40,000 bases of DNA, taken from contig CBDDYY010000003.1 in assembly GCA_965235745.1 (NCBI GenBank), forward strand, positions 141,284-181,283. Direction: 5' to 3'. Within the stretch, counting starts at the first letter, position 1. Each line of letters starts with the position of its first letter. The DNA is from Candidatus Pelagibacterales bacterium (GTDB lineage: Bacteria; Pseudomonadota; Alphaproteobacteria; Pelagibacterales; Pelagibacteraceae). The notes under the pieces are model-generated. The model was not told the DNA's origin. It ran no database searches and saw nothing but the letters and a program-made list of their open reading frames with translations. This document shows positions 32,034 to 40,000 of this stretch, piece by piece. Both the position numbers and the translations under genes were made by a program.

Positions 32034-33296
32034 TTAATTAGCTATTTTAGCTTCTTTTGTTTGTTTTTTTGAATAAATTAAAAGAGGTCTCGAGTTTCCA
32101 CTCACGACCTCTTTATTAACAACAACTTCTTCCACGTTCTCAATAGATGGAAGATCAAACATTGTTTCGAGCAACACTTCTTCAATTATAGATCTCAGAC
32201 CTCTTGCTCCTGTTTTTCTTAAAATAGCTTTTTCAGCAATAGCTTTTAATGCATCTTTTGAAAAAGTTAGTTTAACACCTTCAATCTCAAATAGTTTACT
32301 GTATTGTTTGGTTAAAGAATTTTTTGGTTCTTCTAATATTTTTATTAAAGAATCTTCATCCAAATCTTCTAAGGTTGATATGATTGGCAATCTCCCAATG
32401 AATTCTGGTATTAAACCAAATTTTAACAAATCTTCAGGTTCAACATTCTTTAGCAATTCTCCGATTTTTTTATCATCCTTATCTTTTATTTTAGCGCCAA
32501 AACCAATTGCAGAACCCTTATCCCTTGAGGAAATAATTTTATCAATACCTGCAAAAGCTCCTCCACAAATAAAAAGTATATTTGTAGTATCTACTTGCAA
32601 AAATTCTTGCTGTGGATGTTTTCTGCCGCCTTGAGGTGGTACGCTCGCGATAGTTCCTTCCATAATTTTCAATAACGCTTGTTGCACACCTTCCCCAGAA
32701 ACGTCTCTGGTTATGGATGGATTTTCTGTTTTTCTACTTATTTTATCTACTTCATCAATATAGACAATTCCTCTTTGAGCTTTTTCAACATTATAATCTG
32801 CAGCTTGTAATAATTTCAAAATTATATTTTCAACATCTTCTCCAACATAACCCGCTTCAGTTAAAGTGGTTGCGTCTGCCATTGTAAAAGGAACATCTAA
32901 AATTCTAGCCAGAGTTTGTGCTAACAAGGTTTTTCCACAACCGGTCGGACCCATCAATAAAATATTTGACTTTGCTAGCTCCACATCTCCTTTATTATTT
33001 TTTCCCTCATAATTTAATCTTTTATAATGATTATGGACTGCCACTGACAAAATTTGTTTTGCTTTTTTTTGACCTATTACATACTCATCTAACGTAGAGC
33101 AAATTTCTTTTGGTGTTGGTACACCTTCTTCATTTTTAGAAAAATTACTTTTGCTTTCTTCTTTAATAATATCCATGCATAACTCAACACATTCATCACA
33201 AATGAATACCGTTGGTCCTGCAATTAATTTTCTTACCTCATGTTGACTCTTGCCGCAAAAAGAACAGTAAAGGGTATTTTTAGTTTCTTTATTCAT
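32034..33296 (-). CDS. clpX: ATP-dependent Clp protease ATP-binding subunit ClpX
   Basis: 420-aa ORF with the Zn finger [30 protein letters not shown] and Walker [12 protein letters not shown]. Confidence 0.97.
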   Translation of the reverse strand: MNKETKNTLYCSFCGKSQHEVRKLIAGPTVFICDECVELCMDIIKEESKSNFSKNEEGVPTPKEICSTLDEYVIGQKKAKQILSVAVHNHYKRLNYEGKNNKGDVELAKSNILLMGPTGCGKTLLAQTLARILDVPFTMADATTLTEAGYVGEDVENIILKLLQAADYNVEKAQRGIVYIDEVDKISRKTENPSITRDVSGEGVQQALLKIMEGTIASVPPQGGRKHPQQEFLQVDTTNILFICGGAFAGIDKIISSRDKGSAIGFGAKIKDKDDKKIGELLKNVEPEDLLKFGLIPEFIGRLPIISTLEDLDEDSLIKILEEPKNSLTKQYSKLFEIEGVKLTFSKDALKAIAEKAILRKTGARGLRSIIEEVLLETMFDLPSIENVEEVVVNKEVVSGNSRPLLIYSKKQTKEAKIAN

Positions 33297-33397
33297 AATC
33301 GAATCAATAAAGTAACAATATTACGATGACCAGCTTCATATCAAGCAATAGTTGTATTAAAACTATATTTGGTGGGTAAAAATTTTCAAAACAACTA

Positions 33398-34012
33398 TTA
33401 GCTGGTTCTTTTTTCTACTACTTTATCAATTAGCCCAAAGGACTTTGCCTCTTCGGCGCTCATAAACCTGTCTCTTTCCAAGGCTTCTTTAATTTTCTCA
33501 ACTGCTTGACCTGTGTGCTTTGAGTAAATTTCATTTAATCTTTTTTTAGTTAAAAGAATTTCATTTGCATGTATCTCAATATCAGTTGCCTGGCCCTGAA
33601 AACCTGCGGAGGGTTGATGAACCATAATCCTTGAATTGGGAAGAGACATTCTTTGCCCCTTTTCACCCGCTGCAAGAAGAAAAGAACCCATAGAACAAGC
33701 CTGACCTATACATAAAGTTGCTACAGCTGGTTTGATGTATTGCATGGTATCATAAATTGCCAGGCCATCTGTAACTATTCCACCTGGGCTATTAATATAC
33801 ATAAAAATTTCTTTTGAATTATTTTCTGACTCTAAAAATAATAACTGAGCAGAAACTAAACTTGATATTTGAGAATTGATAGGACCTACTAAAAAAATAA
33901 TCCGCTCCTTTAATAATCTAGAATAAATATCATAAGCACGCTCACCTCTAGGAGTTTGCTCAACCACCATTGGTACAAGCGTATTTAAATAAACATCAAA
34001 TGGATCTTTCAT
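33398..34012 (-). CDS. clpP: ATP-dependent Clp protease proteolytic subunit ClpP
   Basis: 204-aa ORF with ..[18 protein letters not shown].., ..[14 protein letters not shown].., ..IMVHQPS... Confidence 0.97.
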   Translation of the reverse strand: MKDPFDVYLNTLVPMVVEQTPRGERAYDIYSRLLKERIIFLVGPINSQISSLVSAQLLFLESENNSKEIFMYINSPGGIVTDGLAIYDTMQYIKPAVATLCIGQACSMGSFLLAAGEKGQRMSLPNSRIMVHQPSAGFQGQATDIEIHANEILLTKKRLNEIYSKHTGQAVEKIKEALERDRFMSAEEAKSFGLIDKVVEKRTS

Positions 34013-34153
34013 ACGAATCTAAATTTACTACTTTTAATTATTTTTTGCTAGGTTTTTTAGTTTTTTCTTTTTCTTTATTGTTTTTACTGCTTGTCTGATT
34101 TTTTGTTTCCTCTTTATCAATAGTATTGTAAATTTTTAACCAGATCTTCCTTG

Positions 34154-35467
34154 CTAGATACTTTTGCTAGTTATTTTTGCTTTGGATTTAATCAAATCAA
34201 TTACCTTATCCTCAAACACAGGACCTCTTAACTTCATTAGTTCTGCAGGATTTTTTTGATAAAAATCTCTGATATTTTTTTCCTGACCAGGGTAATTTCT
34301 TAATTGCTTTTCAAGCTCACTTTTTAATTCTTCAGATGAAACTTTAATTTTATTTTCTTCACCGGTTTTGTTCATGACAAGAGCAAGCTTAACTCTTCTT
34401 TTAGCAATACTTAATGCAGATTTTTTATCAGCATCTGTTAATTTAATTTTATCATGATCGTGTTCATGTTTAAATTTTTCTCCTTTTGCTTTCATTGCAT
34501 CCATTTTTTCATGTATTAAAGCATGCTCAACATTATGAACCTCCTCATCCAATAGGCCTTTCGGCAATTCAAAATCAAATTTGCTATCTAGATCGTCTAA
34601 AATTGCTTTTTTTAATAATTGTTCTGTGATACTTTCGAATTCTCTAGAAATTTGCTTACTAACCATTTCCTCTAAATCTTTCAAATCTTTTGCTCCCAAA
34701 TTTTTTGCAAACTCGTCATCAATTTTTTGATTTTCAGGTTTTTTAACTTCTAAAATTTTACATTTAAATTCAGAAGGTTTGCCAGCCAAATCTTTATTAG
34801 GATAATTTTCAGGTAAATTAACTTCTACTAGATTATTTCATTCACCCTTTGTGCAGCCAACCAACTGCTTATCAAAGCCTGGTATAAACAGATCTTTACC
34901 CAACACAATTTGTAATTTTTCACCCTTATTGCCTTCAAAAGGCTTGCCATCCATAGTTGCTTCAAAATCAAAAACAACCAAATCATCATTGGAGGCTTTA
35001 TCATTTTTATCAATGTATTTTTTATTACCTTCTGCGATATATTTTATTCTTTCGTCGATTTCTTTTTTATCTGATTTTACTTCATATTTAGTTAAAGATA
35101 TTTTTTCTATTTCAAGTTTTTTAATTTCTGGAACTTGCTCAACTGAAATTGTAAACTCTAAATTTTTACCTTCTCCTGAAGACTTGATGTCAATTTTTGG
35201 CTGACTAGCTGGTGTAATTTTATTTTGTTTTAAAGCTTCGAAAGTAGATTCTTGTAAAATTTTTTCTGCGACTTCACCGTATACAGATGTACCAAATTGT
35301 TTTTTTAATAAAGCAATCGGAGCTTTGCCGGGTCTAAAACCTTTTAAATTTATAGTATCTTTTAACTCAAGCAATCTTGCTTCAATTTTTTTTTCAATTT
35401 CTTTTGTATCTACCAATACAGAGAGATCTGTGTGTAGACCTTTTGTAGATGTGACTGTTGCCTTCAT
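34154..35467 (-). pseudogene. tig: Trigger factor interrupted by an in-frame TGA at 34838-34840
   Basis: Track ORFs 34838..35557 and 34154..34789 are in the SAME frame and are separated by a single TGA: ..FIPGFDKQLVGCTKGE-TGA-NNLVEVNLPENYPNKDLAGKPSEFKCKILEV... The true start is Met31 of the upstream ORF (MKATVTSTKGLHTDL.., 35467), because the first 30 codons overlap tRNA-Leu. Confidence 0.85.
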
Positions 35468-35478
35468 AATTCCCCTTG

Positions 35479-35563
35479 TGGTGCGGTATGAGGGACTTGA
35501 ACCCCCATGCCTTTCAGCGCTAGATCCTAAGTCTAGTGTGTCTGCCAATTCCACCAATACCGC
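35479..35563 (-). tRNA. trnL: tRNA-Leu (anticodon TAG), long variable arm
   Basis: The minus strand reads GCGGTATTGGTGGAATTGGCAGACACACTAGACTTAGGATCTAGCGCTGAAAGGCATGGGGGTTCAAGTCCCTCATACCGCACCA, with anticodon loop CT-TAG-GA. Confidence 0.92.
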
Positions 35564-35638
35564 TATTAATTTCTGGCTATTTATAGTGTTTTTTGATTAT
35601 TAATCAATTGCAGATAATAGCTATAACAATATCCTATG

Positions 35639-36407
35639 TTATTGCGCTGTCCACCCTCCATCAATTGATAAATTTGATCCAGTTATTTGATCAGCATCTC
35701 TTGGAACATAAAAAATAAATCATCGATGAAATACTTTCTTTTTTTACAAATTGCAATGATGGCTGTTTTTCTCTTAGCATTTCAATTCCAGCATCTGAAA
35801 ATGGAATATTTTTTTTCTTAGCCACGACATCAATTTGATCTTTTATTAACTCCGTAAGCACAAAACCTGGACATAATGAATTGCAAGTAATTGGTTCTGC
35901 TGCAGTTTCTAAAGCTGTTACTTTTGTTAAACCTACTAATCCATGCTTTGAGGCTGTGTATGCAGATTTATTGATTGATGCAATCAATCCATGGGTTGAT
36001 GCTATATTAATGATTCTACCCCAATTATTTTTTCGCATTACTGGCAAAACTTCTTTAGTAAATAAAAAAGGAGTTGTTAAGTTTATATCAATCATTTTTC
36101 TCCAAATTTTTTCTGGATACTGATCAATAGGTTTTACAAATTGTATTCCAGCACAGTTTACAAGAACATCAATTTTTTTAAATTTTTTTAAAGTTGCTTG
36201 AACCACCTTTTTTACATTTTTTGATTTAGTTAATTCTGTATTAATCAATAATGCTTTTTTTGAATGAAATTTTTTTTTAAAATCTTTAATTGAGTTAGCT
36301 TTAGATATTCCAGCAGCAGCAACATTAAATCCTTTTTTATAAAAAAATTGAATAATTGAAAGACCGATTACCCCTGTGCCACCAGTAACGAGAATTGTTT
36401 TTTTCAT
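35639..36407 (-). pseudogene. bdhA: 3-hydroxybutyrate dehydrogenase-like short-chain dehydrogenase, C-terminal 19 codons displaced by one extra nucleotide near 35694-35705
   Basis: Track ORF 35691..36407 has TGGTGVIG, ..NKSAYTASKHGLVGLTK.., ..LREKQPSLQFV.. (a BDH-type motif) and ends ..FLCSKRC. The +1 frame continues DADQITGSNLSIDGGWTAQ-stop, the canonical SDR C-terminus. The span is 769 = 3n+1. Confidence 0.8.
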
Positions 36408-36599
36408 GCTACATTATTTATATTTGTTTTTTTAAGAATAAAATATTTGAATTTGCTCAAAAAATTCAATTCTAAGTTGTTTATTTGATTAAACGTTATT
36501 TGTATAGTGCATACCTGACATAACAGAAAAGCATTCTAATATTGATCAAAATAGTATTAATTAGCCACGAGTTTAAACTTATAAATAACAAGGAATAAA

Positions 36600-38007
36600 A
36601 TGACTGCTGCAAATATTTTAAAACTAATAAAAGAAAAAGAAATTGATTACGTAGATCTTAGATTTACGGATGTAAAAGGAAAGCTTCAGCATATGACTCA
36701 AGACATAAGCACAATTGATGAAGATTTTCTTAATAATGGAACTTTTTTTGATGGCTCATCTATAGCAGGCTGGAAAGCAATTAATGAGTCTGACATGATT
36801 TTAAAACCAGATTTATCAAGGGCTTTTGTTGATCCATTTACTTCTCATAATACCCTTGTAATTTTTTGTGATATTATGGATCCTATCAAAAATGATTATT
36901 ACGAAAGAGATCCTAGATCTATTGCTAAAAAAGCAGAAGCATATTTAAAAACAACTGGAATTGGAGATACAGTTTATTTTGGACCTGAACCTGAGTTTTT
37001 TGTTTTTGATGATGTAAAAATTGCAAACAATATGAATAAGGTTTCTTTTGAAATTGATAGCAATGAAGGACCTTACAATTCTGATAAAAAATATGAAAAT
37101 GGAAACCTAGGTCATAGACCAGGAGTAAAAGGTGGATATTTTCCAGTTCCTCCAGTTGATAGTTGTCAAGACTTAAGAGCTGAAGCGTTAAAAGCGATGA
37201 AGGATATGGGAGTTAAAGTAGAAAAACATCACCATGAAGTTGCTCCTTCTCAACATGAATTAGGAACCATGTTTGATACAATGGTAACTAATGCAGATAA
37301 CATGCAAATCTATAAATATGCTGTTCATATGGTAGCAAATTCTTTTGGAAAAACAGCTACATTTATGGCCAAACCAATTAAAGGAGATAATGGTTCTGGA
37401 ATGCACTGCCATCAATCTATTTGGAAAGATGGAAAACCTACATTTGCCGGAGATAAGTATGCAGGACTCTCTCAAGAATGTCTTGTATTATATTGGCGGA
37501 ATAATTAAACACGCAAAAGCTTTAAATGCTTTTACAAACTCAACAACAAATAGTTATAAAAGACTAATACCTGGATTTGAGGCTCCGGTAATTTTAGCTT
37601 ACTCAGCTAGAAATAGATCTGCAAGTTGTAGAATTCCTTTTAGCTCTAGCCCTAAAGGTAAACGTGTTGAAGTTAGATTTCCAGATGCAGCAGGAAATCC
37701 ATATTTAACATTTGCTTCTATGCTAATGGCTGGAATTGATGGTATCAAAAATAAAATTGATCCAGGAAAACCATTTGATAAAGACTTGTACTCACTTTCA
37801 GCTGAAGAGCTTAGAGGAGTCCCGCAAGTATGTGGTTCTTTAAGAGAAGCGTTGGAAAACTTAGATAAAGATAGAAGCTTCTTAACTGCAGGCGGTGTAT
37901 TTACTGACGATCAAATAGATGCTTACATCGAGCTTAAAATGCAAGAAGTATATAACATGGAGCACACACCACATCCGGTTGAATACCAAATGTATTATAG
38001 CTGTTAA
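36600..38007 (+). pseudogene. glnA: Glutamine synthetase type I, frame broken by one extra nucleotide near 37477-37487
   Basis: 36600..37508 (..FDGSSIAGW.., ..[37 protein letters not shown]) continues in the +1 frame as the in-frame part of 37345..38007 ([47 protein letters not shown]..). The span is 1408 = 3n+1. Confidence 0.9.
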
Positions 38008-38024
38008 TTAAATAATTATTAAAT

Positions 38025-38063
38025 TAAAAAAAACCCCGTATTAAAACTACGGGGTTTTTTTTT
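38025..38063 (+). terminator. Rho-independent terminator after glnA
   Basis: A-run, then stem CCCCGTA (38034-38040) / TACGGGG (38048-38054) with a 7-nt loop, then a run of 9 T. Confidence 0.8.
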
Positions 38064-38118
38064 AACTATACAAATATTAATCTGTACCTTTTAAATAATT
38101 AATCTATTTCTTTTATAC

Positions 38119-40000
38119 GTGAATCAAAAAAAAGATTACTCAGCAAAAGATATTGAAGTTCTTGAAGGATTAGCTCCTGTTCGAAAAAGACCTGGAATGT
38201 ATATTGGTGGTACAGATATTGTTGCTTACCATCACCTTGCAAATGAAATTATTGACAACTGCATGGATGAAATTGTTGCTGGAGAAGCTTCAGAAATTAC
38301 AGTTATTTTAAATAAAAATGGTTCTTTATCAATTGCTGACAACGGCAGAGGTATACCTATTGATAAACATCCAAAAAAAAACAAAACTGCATTAGAGGTA
38401 GTTATGACAACCTTGCATTCTGGTGGAAAATTTAAAGAAGATGGTGTTTACACAACATCAGCAGGATTGCATGGTGTGGGCTTGTCTGTCGTAAACGCGC
38501 TTTCTTCAAAGATGAGAGTTGAAGTTTTTAAAAAGAAAAAGATTTACTTTCAAGATTATTCAAAAGGAAAACCTCTAAATAAATTAACCCAAAAAGGTTC
38601 TTCAACGATTACAAATGGTACAAGAGTTACATTTATTCCTGATGATGAAATTTTTGGTAAAGACTTAAAGTTTGAACCATCAAGAATATATGAAACATGT
38701 AAAAATAAAGCATTCTTATTCAAGGGTGTTAAAATTAATTGGGAATGCGATAAAAACTTAATTAGTAGAAAAGAGAGCATACCTAGCAAAGATACTTTGT
38801 TTTACCCTGATGGATTAGATCAATATCTAAACTCTGAACTAGAAAATGCAAAAAAAATTCATGAGAAATTATGTTCTTTAAAGGGAGATTTTGAGGATAA
38901 AAAAGGGAAAGTTGAACTGGTCATTCAGTGGCATGATAATAAAAATATTTTCTCTAAATCTTTTGCCAACACTGTACCTACTTCAAATGGAGGAACGCAT
39001 GAAAGTGGCTTTAAATCTGGGATTGCAAAAGCAATTAGAAAATTCGCAAAAATAAAAAATAATAAAATTGTATTAAAAGCGTCACAAGAAGATATATTTT
39101 CTAATGCTAGCTATATAGTCTCTGTTTTTATTGGAAATCCTGAATTTGAAGGACAAACTAAAAATAAATTATCTTCAGCGTTTGTACTAAAATATTGCGA
39201 CCAAACTGTTTCAACATTGTTTGAAGATTGGCTTAATAGAAATGCTAAAGCTGCAAAATTAATATTAAATTTTATAGAAGAAAAAATTAGAGAAAGAAAT
39301 TTATTAGAATTAAATGCTAATGTTGAAAGACAAACATCTTTTAGAAAAATTAGACTTCCAGGAAAATTAGCAGATTGCACTAGTGACAAAACAGAAGGTA
39401 CTGAGCTTTTTATAGTAGAGGGGGATTCTGCTGGAGGCTCTGCAAAACAAGCAAGGGATAGGTACACTCAAGCTATTTTACCTTTAAGAGGCAAAATTTT
39501 AAATGTTAAAAATTCAAATACATCTAAAATCTTAGCAAATACTGAAATTGGAAATTTATTACAAGCACTAGGATGTCAAAGAGGAAAAAATTACAACCGA
39601 AAAGATTTGAGATATGAAAAAATTATTATCATGACTGATGCAGATGTTGATGGGGATCATATATCTACCCTATTGCTAACTTTCTTTTTTATTGAAATGC
39701 CAGAATTAATTAAAGATGGAAGACTATATTTGGCTGTTCCCCCTCTTTATAGAATTACAACTGGAAACCAATCTTTTTATGTAAAAGATGATAAGGAAAA
39801 GGATAAATTAATAAAAAATCTAAAGAAAAATTCTAAATTTGAAATCAGTAGATTTAAAGGACTAGGTGAAATGATGCCGGCACAATTAAAAGAAACAACA
39901 ATGAATAAAGAAACTAGAAATTTAATAAAGGTTTCGGTTCCTAAAGATAAAGCAAAGTATAAAATTACTAGTAAGTTAGTAAACGACTTGATGGGTAAAG
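38119..40000 (+). CDS. parE: DNA topoisomerase IV subunit B (type IIA topoisomerase ATPase subunit; 3' end beyond window)
   Basis: Own translation from the GTG at 38119, open to the window end and not in the track because no stop is present. VNQKKDYSAKDIEVLEGLAPVRKRPGMYIGGTD..NGRGIP..LHGVG..EGDSAGGSAKQARDR..DADVDGDHI..PPLYR... The N-terminus (IEVLEGL.PVRKRPGMYIGGT) and the absence of a long GyrB insertion favour ParE over GyrB. Confidence 0.75.
   Translation, partial: MNQKKDYSAKDIEVLEGLAPVRKRPGMYIGGTDIVAYHHLANEIIDNCMDEIVAGEASEITVILNKNGSLSIADNGRGIPIDKHPKKNKTALEVVMTTLHSGGKFKEDGVYTTSAGLHGVGLSVVNALSSKMRVEVFKKKKIYFQDYSKGKPLNKLTQKGSSTITNGTRVTFIPDDEIFGKDLKFEPSRIYETCKNKAFLFKGVKINWECDKNLISRKESIPSKDTLFYPDGLDQYLNSELENAKKIHEKLCSLKGDFEDKKGKVELVIQWHDNKNIFSKSFANTVPTSNGGTHESGFKSGIAKAIRKFAKIKNNKIVLKASQEDIFSNASYIVSVFIGNPEFEGQTKNKLSSAFVLKYCDQTVSTLFEDWLNRNAKAAKLILNFIEEKIRERNLLELNANVERQTSFRKIRLPGKLADCTSDKTEGTELFIVEGDSAGGSAKQARDRYTQAILPLRGKILNVKNSNTSKILANTEIGNLLQALGCQRGKNYNRKDLRYEKIIIMTDADVDGDHISTLLLTFFFIEMPELIKDGRLYLAVPPLYRITTGNQSFYVKDDKEKDKLIKNLKKNSKFEISRFKGLGEMMPAQLKETTMNKETRNLIKVSVPKDKAKYKITSKLVNDLMGK

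Noticed and set aside
34838-34840. TGA reassigned to Trp or Gly (genetic code 4 or 25), or selenocysteine
   Set aside because: Tryptophans in the intact conserved genes here are TGG. No other conserved gene is split at TGA. A cassette ORF ends at TGA. The position is not a conserved Trp, Gly or Cys in trigger factor, and I saw no SECIS-like hairpin.
34828-35013. 61-aa ORF MIKMIKPPMMIW..
   Set aside because: It is an out-of-frame reading inside tig on the same strand, with no independent support.
35468-35557. N-terminal 30 codons of track ORF 34838..35557 (MVELADTLDLGSSAERHGGSSPSYRTTRGI)
   Set aside because: This stretch is the complement-strand reading of tRNA-Leu. The trigger-factor sequence starts at the internal Met (35467).
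36502-36514. GTATAGTGCATAC upstream of glnA as an NtcA-type (GTA-N8-TAC) nitrogen-regulator site, or a glutamine riboswitch in 36408-36599
   Set aside because: The spacing is N7, not N8. NtcA is cyanobacterial. I could not find the conserved glnA-RNA-motif core by eye. This needs a covariance-model scan to exclude properly.

Overview
AT-rich, very tightly packed bacterial core-chromosome window. Protein sequences and gene order look alphaproteobacterial, closest to a streamlined marine Pelagibacterales/SAR11-type genome (inference; no search was possible). Positions 1-21961 on the minus strand form one almost gap-free translation/transcription supercluster: nusG-rplKAJL-rpoBC-rpsLG-fusA-S10 operon-spc operon, ending with rplR at the window edge. 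It is preceded by tRNA-Tyr, tRNA-Gly, tuf, tRNA-Trp and secE. 23.9-27.9 kb holds an rlmB-like methyltransferase, a TPR-sulfotransferase, a porin and a lipoprotein. 29.35-35.6 kb holds tRNA-Asp, tRNA-Val, lon, clpX, clpP, tig and tRNA-Leu, followed by a bdhA-like dehydrogenase, glnA and the first 1.9 kb of parE. Two things stand out. (1) The only clearly accessory DNA is a 1.4-kb integrase-less islet at the 3' end of tRNA-Asp, bounded by a perfect 26-bp direct repeat. It carries an overlapping 3-gene cassette (unknown 135-aa protein, secreted Rap1a/Tai4-like protein, 71-aa two-TM protein) flanked internally by TGACACAAGT repeats. (2) Seven otherwise well conserved genes (rplF, nusG, porin, lon, tig, bdhA, glnA) are interrupted. 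There are at least nine frame breaks, each equivalent to one EXTRA nucleotide, plus one in-frame TGA, while 25 consecutive r-protein/rpoBC genes (about 20.5 kb) have none. Sequencing or assembly error is the most economical explanation, but the one-directional bias deserves a check. I see no rRNA, CRISPR, transposase, integrase or recognisable defence system. Manually derived coordinates (tRNAs, repeats, junctions) may be off by 1-2 nt.
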